A DNA stretch of 64,000 bases from Isurus oxyrinchus (lineage: Eukaryota). The translations under genes and the position numbers were made by a program. This document shows, one piece after another, positions 11,860-26,700 of this stretch (its first letter is position 1; every line of letters begins with the position of its first letter). The notes under the pieces were generated by a model. It worked only from the letters and a program-made list of their open reading frames with translations. It did not search any database and was not told the origin of the DNA. Location of the stretch: contig JANJGN010000323.1 in NCBI GenBank assembly GCA_026770705.1, positions 558,001 through 622,000 on the forward strand, read 5' to 3'.

Positions 11860-13996
11860 TACAACTTAACTAACAGACCAAAGACATATTGAACTGTCTG
11901 AAAGTGACCTGTTTTTCAAAGAAATACAAGATTGTACACAGATCAAAAATGGCTGACACAAGTCATCTGATTGCTGATACTGTGAAGTTGATCACTTCTC
12001 TGGAAAGGTTCAAATGAATTGCAATGCAGACCTTTTGCATGGAAGTTCATGCCTGGTGTGTGTCAGTGTTCACTTCAAACAGGGACACTCTTAAAAGGAA
12101 GGCATTAAAATGCAAAGTGCTGGACTTTGATCAGCTGTAGTTCTATCAAAACAGTAGGAACTGTTCACCAAGCGGATAATCATCAGCCATTCAAAACCCC
12201 CGGTAGAGGATACAATACCCCCATCTCCTGTTGATTTATATTTTGAAATGCATCAAATGTTGCAGAGATGCAAAGATAAAAAATGGGAATACTTGGTCTA
12301 TAACAATGAATGCAAAACATGCTGATTGAATCCCCTTCAGGAATATACAGACAGGAGTTAAACAAATGGTTCTGCCCAGCAGATATAAGAGAAAGGAGGA
12401 GGAAAAAGAAATAAGGCAGTCTTCCACAAACACTGCTGGAAAAGAGCAGAAATGATTTCTCCCTCCCTCTCTTTCTGTCCCTCTCTCTGTCTCCTCTCTC
12501 TCTCTCTCTCTCTCTGTCTGAAGCTAACAGAGAGTCGTCAACAACGTGCAAGTCTGAGCCAGATGAAATACAGGAATCTGCCGAAAACCAACTAATTTAA
12601 AACAGCTTCAAACTTCACAGCCGACGCTGCAGTTCAAGCAAATGACTCTTAATTTTTTATTGGACTCTATAATTATTTTACCTCTGATATCTGTGTGTGT
12701 GTTTATGTGTGTGTCTGTGTGTGTGTCTGTGTGTGTGTCTGTGTGTGTGTCTGTGTGCCTGTCTGTGTGTGTGTGTGTTGTGTCCGTGTGAGCGTGTCTG
12801 TGTGTGTGCATTTGTCTGTGTGTGCGTGTGAGCCTGTCTGTGTGTGTGTCTGTGCACCTGTCTGTGTGAGTGTGTGTATGTGTGTGTAATTAAAAAATTA
12901 AAATGTGTCCCATTTTTATTATTTTTTCTCCAGTTAGGTAACTAATAAACTGACTCTTTCTTTGACTCAACCAAACGTGGTTTAATTGGTTCATTCTTAA
13001 CAACCAAAGACACATGTTTTGGAAATTGCTTTTGGGGGAAGATATATTTTCAACCCTTTTTTTCAACCAACCATAATTACCTGTTAAACCTCTTAACCTC
13101 ATTACTACTGAATTCAAAGCCCACATCTCAAAACATACAAGTTGGAAATTGGTTGCGACAGTTGTTTCAAGTTTCCCTCCAGGATTTGAACAGCTCAGCA
13201 TTTACCATCTGTTATGTCATAATAGAGCTTCCTTCAACTTAACCAACGAGCCAAAAACGTATTGAACTGTTTAAAGGAGACCTGTTTTTTAAAAGTACAA
13301 GATTAGGCACTGATCAAAAATGGCTGTCACGAGTCACCTGATTGCTGATACTGCAAACTTGATCACTTCTCTGGAAAGCTTCAAATGAATTGCACTACAG
13401 ACATGTTGCATGAAAGTTCTCACTGAGGTGTGTCAGGGTCCACTTGAAACAGGGGCTCCCTAAAAAATGCAAAGCGCTGGACTCTGATCACTGTAGGTCT
13501 ATCAAGGTAATGGGAACTGCTCACCATGCACTAATTCATCAATCATTCAAAACCCCTTGTGGAGGATGAAATGTCTCCATCTCCTGTAGATTTATATCTT
13601 GAAAAGCACCAAATGTTTCAGAGATGCAAAGATCAAAAAAGGGATTACTTGGTCTGCGACAATGAATGCAAGACATGCTGATCGAATTCCCTTTGGGAAT
13701 ATACAGACAGGAGTTTAACAACAGGTTCTGTCAAGCAGATATAAGAGAAAGTAGGAGGAAAAAGAAAGATGGCAGTCACTCAAATACACTGCTGGAAAAG
13801 AGCAGAAATTCTCCCTCTCTCTCTCTTTCTGAAGCTAACAGAGCATCTTCAACAAAGTGCAAATCTGAATCAAATCACCACCAGGATGCCACAGGAAACC
13901 AATTAACCTTGAACAGCTGCAAACGTCAACAATCTATTTCTCAAAGACAAGCAAAGGTATTAATCATATATTCTTTTACATTTTTATTGGACTCTA
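11860..13996. repeat. Two diverged direct copies (~11860-12670 and ~13235-13996) of an unclassified ~0.75-kb repeat, separated by (TG)n and AT-rich DNA
   Basis: Collinear matches such as 'gatcaaaaatggctg...gtca(t/c)ctgattgctgatac' and 'ggaatatacagacaggagtt'. Confidence 0.75.
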
Positions 13997-14261
13997 NNNN
14001 NNNNNNNNNNNNNNNNNNNNNNNNNNNNNNNNNNNNNNNNNNNNNNNNNNNNNNNNNNNNNNNNNNNNNNNNNNNNNNNNNNNNNNNNNNNNNNNNNNNN
14101 NNNNNNNNNNNNNNNNNNNNNNNNNNNNNNNNNNNNNNNNNNNNNNNNNNNNNNNNNNNNNNNNNNNNNNNNNNNNNNNNNNNNNNNNNNNNNNNNNNNN
14201 NNNNNNNNNNNNNNNNNNNNNNNNNNNNNNNNNNNNNNNNNNNNNNNNNNNNNNNNNNNNN
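13997..14261. other. Assembly gap (265 N)
   Basis: Run of N. Confidence 1.
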
Positions 14262-14439
14262 CATCTTTATTATAAATGTTATTTAAAAATAGTGATCACA
14301 CAAGCCTGGTTTCTAAGGAACTGAAACTGCAAATAATTTACAGCATAGTGAAACGTACAGGAATAATCTATTTTGAGCTGATGATATATAATTATACATG
14401 AGGCATGTTGCTAATTTCAAACATCATCTGAAATATGGC

Positions 14440-15000
14440 AGGTCTGACAGAGCAGCATTCCCTCAGTGCCCACCCTCTGACAGTGCAGCACTCCCTCATC
14501 ACTGACCATCTGACAGTGCAGCACTCCCTCAGCGCTCAACCTCCGACAGTGCAGCATTCCCTCATCACTGACCCTCTGACAGTGCAGCACTCTCTCAGTG
14601 CTCACCCTCTGACAGTGCAGCACTCCCTCATCACTGACCCTCTGACAGTGCAGCATTCCCTCAGCGCTCACCCTCTGACAGTGCAGCATTCCCTCAGTGC
14701 TCACCTTCTGACAGTGCAGCATGCCCTTAGCACTGACCGTCTGACAGTGCAGCAATTCTTCAACGCTCACCCTCCAACAGTGCAGCACTCCCTCAGCACT
14801 GACCCTTTGACAGTGTGGCACTCCCTCAGCATTGACCCTCTGGGAGTGCAGCACTCCCTCAGTACTGACCCTCTGGGAGTGCAGCACTCCCTCAGTACCG
14901 ACCCACTGGGAGTGCAGCACTCCCTCAGTACTGACCCTCCGACAGTGCAGCACTCCCTCAGTACTGATCTTCCAACAGTGCAGTACTCCCTCAGCACTCC
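14440..15000 (-). repeat. 33-bp minisatellite array (inverted relative to 3.9-8.6 kb)
   Basis: CTGACAGTGCAGCACTCCCTCAGTACTGACCCT units. Confidence 0.95.
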
Positions 15001-15074
15001 CTCAATGGGGCGAGTCCATCCGCATTTTGAGCTGAAAACTTGAGATGGTCTCAAAACCCCAACCTTCCATCTCA

Positions 15075-15646
15075 GAGAGAGAGAGTGCGTTTATGTGAGA
15101 GAGAGAGACAATGTATGTGTGAGAGACTGAGAGTGTGCATGTGTGAGAGAGCAAAAGAGAGTTAGAGCGTGTGTGCATGAGAGAGGGGGGTAGCTTGTGT
15201 GTGTGAGAGAGAGAGTGTGTGTGAGAGAAAGAGAATGTCTATGAGAGTGAGAGAGAGTTTATCTGTGAGAGATAAAGATAATGAGAGAATGTATGTGTGA
15301 GATAGTGTGTTTGTGAAAGAGCGTGTGTGAGTGTGTTTGTGTATGTGAGAGTGTGTGTGTGAGATCGTGTGTGTGTGTGTGTGTGTGTGTTTGAGAGAGA
15401 GGGTGTGTGTTTGAGAGGGAGTGTGCGAGAGAGAGATGGTATGCGTGTTTGAGAGAAAGGGAGATTGTGCGTTTGAGAGAGGGAGTAAGAGAGAACATGT
15501 GTGTGAGAGAGAGAGTGTGTGTGTGTATGTGTGTGCGTGAAAGAGAAAGTGTTTGTGCAAAAGAGTGTGTGTTTGAGGGTATGTGTGCATGTGTGAGTGT
15601 GCATGTGTGTGTGTATGTGTGTATGTGTGTGTGTGTGTGTGTGTGC
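15075..15646. repeat. GA/GT low-complexity tract, part of a block duplicated at 34.8-35.3 kb
   Basis: Near-identical to 34818-35330. Confidence 0.9.
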
Positions 15647-16159
15647 ATTCTGACTGAGCCGAGTTCACAGTTTCACACGTTGCTAGGGACCATTTTTCCG
15701 CCTCTCTGTCAGACGGTGTGTATCTGACAGCAGGTCAGGCAGAAATAGTCCAGAATGCACTGTGGTTTTGTAGCATTGAAACAACGACATGAACTAAATG
15801 AGTGCTGCACCAAATAAAGACATGGAGTTACCACACCAAAAAACCACGTGACTTCCCCAGTTTCACATCTCCCTCAAACACAGAAAAACTGGGTTAACAC
15901 TGACCCTCCTCCCAGAGCCAGTTCACCTCGTGTCCGATGCAGTCAGGAGAGGAAGATCATCTCTCCTCCGATCCTGGTAAACTGAACATTTCCAGAATTA
16001 GATCAGCTCCCTGAAGTGTCTCCAGTTAGACATTCATCTGACAGGATTGACTCTACAACCCTGGGGACTCATTCTCCTGTAAGTAAAACACTTGCTGCTC
16101 CTGTCAAATCTCTTCTGTACAGCATGGTCTCTGGATGTCCCAGAACACTTTACAGTTGA

Positions 16160-16398
16160 GTACACCCTTTTTTCGAAGTGTGGTTACTGTTGTAATGTAG
16201 GAAACGCAGCAGCCAATTAGCGCACAGCAAGCTCCCACAAACAGCAATGTGATCATCTGTTTTTAGTGATGTTGGTTGAGGGATAAATATTGGTGCCAGG
16301 ACACCGGGGAGATCTCCCCCCTGCTCTTCCTCCAAATAGTGGCTGTGGGATCTTTCACACCCGCCCGAGAGGGCAGACGGGGTTTCGGTTTAGTGTCT
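16160..16398 (-). mobile_element. DeuSINE (SacSINE1/AmnSINE1-like) Deu-domain fragment
   Basis: Reverse strand reads ...gtgtcctggcaccaatatttatccctcaaccaacatcactaaaa...cacattgctgtttgtgggagcttgctgtgcgctaattggctgctgcgtttcctacattacaacag, matching the Deu core as I recall it. Confidence 0.8.
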
Positions 16399-17164
16399 AA
16401 TATTGGACTAATCTCCAGGCGAGGTTGGCTGGATGGATTATTGACAAGGTCCATTCACCCTGTAAAGAGTTTCTCTGGTTTGAAATACCCAATCAAACAT
16501 CGAGTTCTGTGTCTAAACCTTGTGTTGAAAAGACACCTTTCCAGCTCTTCACCTGCCATTAGCTTGTTGAGTCTTCACACGCTCCGTCTGTCCGTGACCA
16601 ACCCCTCTTAGCTCATCCTTTCCTTGTCGTACATCGAGCTGTTCATCCTGACGGGTTCCCTCCTTCCCAGTAACACTCCAACTCCGACATCAAACTAACT
16701 CCCAACACGTTGATGAATTGTATGGATTCCAGCGTCAGTTGGTTCTGTCTGAGGCTGTTTCTCTGATCGGGGACCGAGCTGTTCTGAACGGACATTGTGT
16801 TCAGCAGTTCTTATTGCAGATCAGGCTGTTCAACCAATGCTGCTGTTCACTGAGGTGACTCCGATTCTACATTCACACATTAATGATCTCATGTCCAGCA
16901 GCAAACATCTGAATGAAGCCAGGTTCAAGAAAAATCCCAGCTGCTTGATCCGACAGTTATCTGTTCAGGCATGGCCCCTTGTTCCAAATAACAAACATTA
17001 TTTAAAAATAGTCATCACATGAGCCTGGTTAACAAGGAAATGAAACCATGAACAATTTGCAGTGAAGTGAAACGTACAGGACTAATCTATTTATATTGAG
17101 CTGATGATTTAGAATGTTACACGAGGCATGTTGCTAATTTCAAACATCATGTGAATTACGGCAG

Positions 17165-17702
17165 TTCTGACAGTGCAGCACTCCCTCAGTACTGACCCTC
17201 TGACAGTGCAGCACTCCCTCAATGCTGACCCTCCGACAGTGCAGCACTCCCTCAGTACCGACCCTCTGACAGTGCAGCACTCCCTCAGTACTGACCCTCT
17301 GACAGTGCAGCACTCCCTCAGTACCGACCCTCTTGACAGTGCAGCACTCCCTCAGTACTGACCATACTACAGTGCAGCACTCCCTCAGTACTGACCCTCT
17401 GACAGTGCAGCACCCCCTCAGTACTGACCCTCTGACAGTGCAGCACTCCCTCAGTACTGACCCCCAAATAGTGCAGCACTCCCTAAGTACTGATACTCTG
17501 ACAGTGCAGCACTCCCTCAGTACTGACCGTACTACAGTGCAGCACCCCCTCAGTACTGCCCCTCTGACAGTGCAGCAGTCCCTCAGTACTGACCGTACGA
17601 CAGTGCAGCACTCTCTCAGTACTGACCCAAGACAGTGCAGCAACCCCTCTGTACTGATCCTCTGGCAGTGCAGCACTCCCCCAGTACTGACCCACTGACA
17701 GT
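17165..17702 (-). repeat. 33-bp minisatellite array, left flank of the large satellite
   Basis: Same unit; its upstream flank (17000-17160) duplicates 14280-14440. Confidence 0.95.
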
Positions 17703-20700
17703 GCCCATTCAGTCCCTTGAGCCTTTTACTCAGGAACAGCAGGTGGCCCATTCAGGCGCTCGATCCTGTTATGCAGGAAGAGGAGGATGCCAATTCATCT
17801 CCATGTACCTGTTACATAGGAACAGGAGGAGGACCATTCAGCCCCTCGAGCCTGTTACACAGGAACAGGAGGAGGACCATTCAGCCCCTCGAGCCTGTTA
17901 ACAGGAAAAGGAGGAGGCCCATTCAGCCCCTCGAGCCTGTTACACAGGAACAGGAGGCCCATTCAGCCCCTTGAGCCTGTTACACAGGAACAGGAGGAGG
18001 CCCATTCAGCCACACAAACCGGTTACACGAGAACTGGAGGAGGCCTAGTTAGCCTCATGAGCCTGTTACACAGGAACAGGAAGAGACACATTCAGCCCCT
18101 CAAGTCTCTTAGATAGGAACCGGTGGAGGCCCATTCAGCTCCCTCGATCCTTTTACACAGAAACAGGAGGAGGCCCATTTTGTTCACTTGGGCCTGTTAC
18201 ACAGGAACACGAAACCCATTCAGTCCCATCAAGCTTGTTTCAAGCAAAGAGGAGGAAGCCCACTCAGCCCCTCGAGGCTTTTACACAAGAACAAGTGGAG
18301 GCCCACTCAGCCCCTCAACCCTGTTACACAGGAACAGGAGAACCATTCATTCCCTCAAGCCTGTTATGCAGGAACAGGAGGAGGCCCTTTCAGTCCCAGG
18401 AGCCTGTTACACAGGAACAGGAGGAGGCCCATTCTGTTCACTAAAGCCGGTAACAGGAACACGAGACCCATTCAGCCCCTCAACCCTGTTACACAGGAAC
18501 AGGAGGAGGCCCACTCAGCCCCTCGAGACTTTTGCACAAGAACATGTGGAGGTCCACCCAGCCCTCAAACATGTTACACAGTAACAGGAGAACCATTCAT
18601 TCCCTCGAGCCTGTTACACAGGAACAGGAGGAGGCCCATTCAGTCCCTCAAGCCTGTTTCACAGGAACATGAGGAGGCCCATTCAGTCCCTCCAGCCTGT
18701 TACACACGAACAGGAGGAGGTCCGTTCAGTCCCTCAAGCCTGTTACACACGAACAGGAGGAGGCCCATTCCGCCCCTCGAGCCTGTTACACAGGAACAGG
18801 AGGAGGCCATTCAGCCCCTCAAGCATGTTAGATACGAACAGGTGGAGCTCCATTCAGCCCCCTTGAGCCTGTTACACAGGAACAGGAGGAGGCCCATTCA
18901 GCCCCCTTGAGCCTGTTACACAGGAACAGGAGGAGGCCCATTCAGCCCTCGAGCATGTTACACAGGAACAGGAGGAGGCCCATTCAGCCCCTCGAGCCTG
19001 TTACACAGGAACAGGAGGAGGCCCATTCAGCCCCTCGAGCCTGTTACACAGGAACAGTAAGACACCCATTCAGCCCCTGAAGCCTGTTATAGAGAAAAGC
19101 CGGAGGCCCATTCGGCCCCTCGAGCATGTTACACAGGAACAGGAGGAAGTCCATTCAGCCCTCTCGATCCTTTCACGCAGGAACAGGTGGAGGCCCATTC
19201 TGTTCTTTGGGGCCTGTTACACAGGAGCTTGAGACCCATTCAATCCCATCAAGCATGTTACACAGGAACTGGAGTAGGCCCCTTCAGCCCCTCAAGCTTG
19301 TTTCAAGAGAAGAGGAGGAGGCCCATTCAGCCCCTCGAGGCTTTTACACAAGAACAAGTGGAGGCCCACTCAGCCCCTCAACCCTGTTACACTGGAAAAG
19401 GAGGAGGTCCATTCAGCCACATGAGCCTGTTACTTGTGAACAGAAGCAGGCTCACCAAGATCCTCGAGCCAGTTTCACAGGAACAGGAGGAGGCCCATTC
19501 AGTCTCTTGAGCCTGTTACACAGGAACAAGACGAAGCCCATTCAGCCCCTCAAGCCTGTTACACAGGAACAGGAGGAGGCCCATTCATTCCCTCGAGCCT
19601 GTTACACAGGAACAGGAGGAGGCCCATTCAGTTCCTCAAGCTTGTTGTAATAGAAGAGGAGGAGGCCTACTCATCCAAACGAGGCTTTTACACAAGAACA
19701 AGTGGAGGTCCACTCAGTCCCTCAATCCTGTTACACAGTAACAGGACAACCATTCATTCCCTCAAGCCTGTTACACAGGAACAGGAGGAGGCCCCATTCA
19801 GCCCCCTCAAGCCTGTTACCCAGGAACAGGAGGAGGCCCATTCAGCCCCTCGAGCCTGTTACACAGGAACAGGAGGAGGCCCATTCAGCCCCGCAAGCCT
19901 GTTACACAGCAACAGGAGAAGGCCCATTCAGCCCCTCAAGCTTGTTTCAGGAGAAGAGGCGGAGTCCCACTCAGAGCCTCGAGGCCTTTACACAAGAACA
20001 ACTGGAGGAACACTCAGCCTCTCAATCCTGTTACACAGTAACAGGAGAACCATTCAGCCCCTCGAGCCTGTTTCAAAAGAACAGGAGGAGGCCCATTTGT
20101 CTCCATGAACCTGTTACTCAGGAAAAGGAGGAGGCCCATTTGCCTCATGAGCCTGTTACACAGGAACAAGTGGAGGTCCACTTAGCCCCTCAACCATGTT
20201 ACACAGTAACAGGAGAACCATTCATTTCCTCGAGACTGTTACACAAGAACAGGAGGAGGCCCATTCAGCCCCTCGAGCCTGTTACACAGGAACAGCACAA
20301 CCATTCATTCCCTCGAGACTGTTACACAGGAACAGGAGGAGGCCCATTCAGTCCCTCGAGTCTATTACACAGGAACAGGAAGAGGCCCATTCAGTCCCCT
20401 TGAACCTGTTACACAGGAACAGGAGGAGGCCATTCAGCCCCTCAAGCCTGTTACACAGGAACAGGAGGAGGCCCATTCAGCTCCTCAAGCTTGTTGTAAT
20501 AGAAGAGGAGGAGGCCTACTCATCCAAACGAGGCTTTTTCACAAGAACAAGTGGAGGTCCATTCAGCCTCTCAGCCCTGTTATACAATAACAGGAGAACC
20601 ATTCTTTCCCTCAAGCCTGATAAACAGGAACAGGAGGAGGCACATTCAGCCCCTCGAGCCTGTTACACAGGAACAGGACAACCATTCATTTCCTCGAGAC

Positions 20701-23700
20701 TGTTACACAGGAACAGGAGGAGGCCCATTCAGCCCGTCGAGCCTGTTACACAGGAACAGGACAACCATTCATTTCCTCGAGTCTGTTACACAGGAACAGG
20801 AGGAGACCCATTCAGCCCCTCGAGCCTGTTACACAGGAACAGGAGGAGGCCCATTCAGTCCCCTTGAACCTGTTACACAGGAACAGGAGGAGGCCCATTC
20901 AGCCCCTCAAGCCTGTTACACAGGAACAGAAGGAGGCCCATTCAGCCCCCTCGAGCCTGTTACACAGGAACAGGAAGAGGCCCATTCAGTCCCCTTGACC
21001 CTGTTACACAGGAAAAGGAGGAGGCCCATTCAGCCCCTCAAGCCTGTTACACAGGAACAGGAGGAGGCCCATTCAGCTCCTCTAGCCTGTTACACAGGAA
21101 CAGGAGGAGGCCCATTCAGCTCCTCAAGCTTGTTGTAATAGAAGAGGAGGAGGCGTACTCATCCAAATGAGGCTTTTACACAAGAACAAGTGGAGGACCA
21201 CTCAGCCCCTCAACCCTGTTACACAATAACAGGAGAACCATTCAATCCCTCAAGCCTGATACACAGGAACAGGAAGAGGCCCATTCAGCCCCTCAAGCCT
21301 GTTACACTGGACCATGAGGAGTCTCATTCATTCCCTCAAGCCTGTTACACAGTAACAGGAGAACCATTCATTCCCTCGAGCCTGTTACACAGGAACAGGA
21401 GGAGGCCCATTCAGCCCCCTCGAGTCTGTTACACAGGAACAGGAGGAGGCCCATTCAGCCCCTCAACCCTGTTACACAGGAACAGGAAGAGGCCCATTCA
21501 GCCCCCTCGAGCCTGTTACACAGGAACAGGATGAGGTCCATTCAGCCCCTCGAGCCTGTTTCAAAAGAACAGGAGGAGGCCCATTCGTCTCCATGAACCT
21601 GTTACTCAGGAACAGGAGGAGGCCCATTTGCCTCATGAGCCTGTTACACAGGAACAAGTGGAGGTCCACTTAGCACCTCAACCATGTTACACAGTAACAG
21701 GAGAACCATTCAGTCCCTCGAGTCTGTTACACAGGAACAGGAGGAGGCCCATTCAGTCCCCTTGACCCTGTTACACAGGAACAGGAGGAGGTCCATTCAG
21801 CCCCTCAAGCCTGTTACACAGGAACAGGAGGAGGCCCATTCAGCCCCTCAAGCCTGTTACACAGGAACAGGAGGAGGCCCATTCAGCTCCTCAAGCTTGT
21901 TGTAATAGAAGAGGAGGAGGCCTACTCATCCAAACGAGGCTTTTACACAAGAACAAGTGGAGGCCCACTCAGCCCCTCAACCCTGTTACACAGTAACAGG
22001 AGAACCATTCATTCCCTCAAGCCTGTTATACAGGAACAGGAGAACCATTCATCCCCTTGACCCTGTTACACAGGAACAGGAGGAGGCCCATTCAGCCCCT
22101 CGAGCCTGTTACACAGGAACAGGAGGAGGCCCATTCAACCCCCTCGACCCTGTTACACAGGAACAAGAAGAGGCCCATTCAGCCCCCTCGAGCCTGTTAC
22201 ACAGGAACAGGATGAGGTCCATTCAGCCCTTCGAGCCTGTTTCAAAAGAACAGGAGGAGGCCCATTCGTCTCCACGAACCTGTTGCTTAGGAACAGGAGG
22301 AGGCCCATTTGCCTCATGAGCCTGTTACACAGGAACAAGTGGAGGTCCACTTAGCCCCTCAACCATGTTACACAGTAACAGGAGAACCATTCATTTCCTC
22401 GAGACTGTTACACAGGAACAGGAGGAGGCCCATTCAGCCCCTCGAGCCTGTTACACAGGAACAGCACAAACATTCATTCCCTCGAGACTGTTACACAGGA
22501 ACAGGAGGAAGCCCATTCAGTACCTCGAGTCTGTTACACAGGAACAGGAAGAGGCCCATTCAGTCCCTCGAACCTGTTACACAGGAACATGAGACCCATT
22601 CAATCCCATCAAGCTTGTTACACAGGAACTGGAGGAGGCCCATTCAGCCCCTCAAGCTTGTTTCAGGAGAAGAGGCGGAGTCCCACTCAGCCCCTCGTGG
22701 CTTTTACACTGGAACAAGTGGAGGACCACTCAGCCCCTCAAACCTGTTACACAGGAACAGGAGAGCCATTCATTCCCGCGAGCCTGTTACACAGGAACAG
22801 GAGGAGGTCCATTCAGTCCCTCAAGCCTGTTACACAGAAACAGGAGGAGGCCCATTCAGCCCCCTCGAGCTTGTTACACAGGAACAGGAGGAGGTCCATT
22901 CAGCCCCCCTGAGACTGTTACACAGGAACAGGAGGAGGCCATTCAGCCCCTCAAGCCTGTTACACAGGAACAGGAGGAGGCCCATTCAGCTCCTCAAGCT
23001 TGTTGTAATAGAAGAGGAGGAGGCCTACTCATCCAAACGAGGCTTTTACACAAGAACAAGTGGAGGTCCATTCAGCCCCTCAGCCCTGTTACACAATAAC
23101 AGGAGAACCATTCTTTCCCTCAAGCCTGATACAGAGGAACAGGAGGAGGCCCATTCAGCCCCTCGAGCCTGTTACACAGGAACAGGACAACCATTCATTC
23201 CCTCGAGACTGTTACACAGGAACAGGAGGAGGCCCATTCAGCCCCTCAAGCCTGTTACACAGGAACAGGAGGAGGCCCGTTCAGTCCCTCGAGCCTGTTA
23301 CACAGGAACAGGAGGAGGCCCATTCAGCCCCCTTGAACCTGTTACACAGGAACAGGAAGAGGCCCATTCAGTCCCCTTGACCCTGTTACACAGGAACAGG
23401 AGGAGGCCCATTCAGCCCCTCAAGCCTGTTACACAGGAACAGGAGGAGCCCCATTGAACCCCTCGAGCCTGTTACACAGGAACAGGAGGAGGCCCATTCA
23501 GTCCCTCGAACCTGTTACACAGGAACATGAGACCCATTCAATCCCATTAAGCTTGTTACACAGGAACAGGAGGAGGCCCATTCAGCCCCCTCGAGCTTGT
23601 TACACAGGAACAGGAGGAGGCCCATTCAGCCCCCCTGAGACTGTTACACAGGAACAGGAGAACCATTCAGTCCCTCGAGACTGTTACACAGGAACAGGAG

Positions 23701-26700
23701 GAGGCCCATTCAGTCCCTCGACCCTGTTACACAGGAACTGGTGGAGGCCCATTCTGTTCGTTGGGGCCTGTTACTCAGGAACATGAGACCCATTAAGTCT
23801 CATCAAGCATGTTACACAGGAACTGGAGTAGGCCCCTTCAGCCCATCAAGCTTGTTTCAAGAGAAGAGGTGGAAGCCCACTCAGCCCCTCGAGGCTTTTA
23901 CACAAGAACAAGTGGAGGTCCACTCAGCCCCTCAACCCTGTTACACAGTAACAGGAGAACCATTTATTCCCTCAAGCCTGTTATGCAGGAACAGGAGGAG
24001 GTCCATTCAGCCCCCTCGAGCCTGTTACACTGGAACAGGAGGAGGCCCATTCAGCTCCCCTCGAGCCTGTTACACTGGAACATGAGGAGGCCCATTCAGC
24101 CCCCTCGAGCCTGTTACACAGGAACAGGAGGAGGTCCATTCAGCCCCTCAAGCCTGTTACACAGGAACAGGAGGAGGTCCATTCAGCCCCTCAAGCCTGT
24201 TACACAGAAACAGGAGGAGGCCCATTCAGCCCCTCAAGCCTGTTACACAGGAACAGGAGGAGGTCCATTCAGCCCCCTCGAGCTTGTTACACAGGAACAG
24301 GAGGAGGTCCATTCAGCCCCCCTGAGACTGTTACACAGGAACAGGAGGAGGCCATTCAGCCCCTCAAGCCTGTTACACAGGAACAGGAGGAGGCCCATTC
24401 AGCTCCTCAAGCTTGTTGTAATTGAAGAGGAGGAGGCTTACTCATCCAAACGAGGCTTTTACACAAGAACAAGTGGAGGTCCATTCAGCCCCTCAGCCCT
24501 GTTACACAATAACAGGAGAACCATTCTTTCCCTCAAGCCTGATACACAGGAACAGGAGGAGGCCCATTCAGCCCCTCGAGCCTGTTACACAGGAACAGGA
24601 CAACCATTCATTCCCTCGAGACTGTTACACAGGAACAGGAGGAGGCCCATTCAGCCCCTCGAGCCTGTTACACAGGAACAGGACAACCATTCATTCCCTC
24701 GAGACTGTTACACAGGAACAGGAGGAGGCCCATTCAGCCCCTCGAGCCTGTTACACAGGAACAGGAGGAGGCCCGTTCAGTCCCTCGAGCCTGTTACACA
24801 GGAACAGGAGGAGGCCCATTCAGCCCCCTTGAACCTGTTACACAGGAACAGGAAGAGGCCCATTCAGTCCCCTTGACCCTGTTACACAGGAACAGGAGGA
24901 GGTCCATTCAGCCCCTCAAGCCTGTTACACAGGAACAGGAGGAGGCCCATTCAGCCCCTCAAGCCTGTTACACAGGAACAGGAGGAGGCCCATTCAGCTC
25001 CTCAAGCTTGTTGTAATAGAAGAGGAGGAGGCCTACTCATCCAAACGAGGCTTTTACACAAGAACAAGTGGAGGCCCACTCAGCCCCTCAACCCTGTTAC
25101 ACAGTAACAGGAGAACCATTCATTCCCTCAAGCCTGTTATACAGGAACAGGAGAACCATTCATCCCCTTGACCCTGTTACACAGGAACAGGAGGAGGCCC
25201 ATTCAGCCCCTCGATCCTGTTACACAGGAACAGGAGGAGGCCCATTCAACCCCCTCGACCCTGTTACACAGGAACAAGAAGAGGCCCATTCAGCCCCCTC
25301 GAGCCTGTTACACAGGAACAGAATGAGGTCCATTCAGCCCCTCGAGCCTGTTTCAAAAGAACAGGAGGAGGCCCATTCGTCTCCACGAACCTGTTACTTA
25401 GGAACAGGAGGAGGCCCATTTGCCTCATGAGCCTGTTACACAGGAACAAGTGGAGGTCCACTTAGCCCCTCAACCATGTTACACAGTAACAGGAGAACCA
25501 TTCATTTCCTCGAGACTGTTACACAGGAACAGGAGGAGGCCCATTCAGCCGCTCGAGCCTGTTACACAGGAACAGCACAAACATTCATTCCCTCGAGACT
25601 GTTACACAGGAACAGGAAGAGGCCCATTCAGTCCCTCGAACCTGTTACACAGGAACATGAGACCCATTCAATCCCATCAAGCTTGTTACACAGGAACTGG
25701 AGGAGGCCCATTCAGCCCCTCAAGCTTGTTTCAGGAGAAGAGGCGGAGTCCCACTCAGCCCCTCGTGGCTTTTACACTGGAACAAGTGGAGGACCACTCA
25801 GCCCCTCAACCCTGTTACACAGGAACAGGAGAGCCATTCATTCCCGCGAGCCTGTTACACAGGAACAGGAGGAGGTCCATTCAGCCCCTCGAGCCTGTTA
25901 CACAGAAACAGGAGGAGGCCCATTCAGCCCTGTCGAGCTTGTTACACAGGAACAGGAGAGCCATTCATTCCCGCGAGCCTGTTACACAGGAACAGGAGAA
26001 GGTCCATTCAGCGCCTCTGAGACTGTTACACAGGAACAGGAGAACCATTCAGTCCCTTGAGACTGTTACACAGGAACAGGAGGAGGCCCATTCAGCCCCC
26101 CTGAGACTGTTACACAGGAACAGTAGAACCATTCTTTCCCTCAAGCCTGATACACCGGAACAGGAGGAGGCCCATTCAGCCCCTCGAGCCTGTTACACAG
26201 GAACAGGAGGAGGTCCATTCAGTCCCTCAAGCCTGTTACACAGAAACAGGAGGAGGCCCATTCAGCCCCCTCGAGCTTGTTACACAGGAACAGGAGGAGG
26301 CCCATTCAGCCCCCCTGAGACTGTTACACAGGAACAGGAGAACCATTCAGCCCCTCGAGCCTGTTACACAGGAACAGGAGGAGGCCCATTCAGTCCCTCG
26401 ACCCTGTTACACAGGAACTGGTGGAGGCCCATTCTGTTCGTTGGGGCCTGTTACTCAGGAACATGAGACCCATTAAGTCTCATCAAGCATGTTACACAGG
26501 AACTGGAGTAGGCCCCTTCAGCCCATCAAGCTTGTTTCAAGAGAAGAGGTGGAAGCCCACTCAGCCCCTCGAGGCTTTTACACAAGAACAAGTGGAGGTC
26601 CACTCAGCCCCTCAACCCTGTTACACAGTAACAGGAGAACCATTTATTCCCTCAAGCCTGTTATGCAGGAACAGGAGGAGGTCCATTCAGCCCCCTCGAG

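Noticed and set aside
13666-14286. ORFs spanning the N run
   Set aside because: Artefacts of the assembly gap.
15900-16800. Possible small minus-strand gene (MSVQNSSVPDQRNSL... at 16795; acceptor-like ttacttacag at ~16078)
   Set aside because: Only 50 codons, no recognisable domain, and no consistent exon chain.
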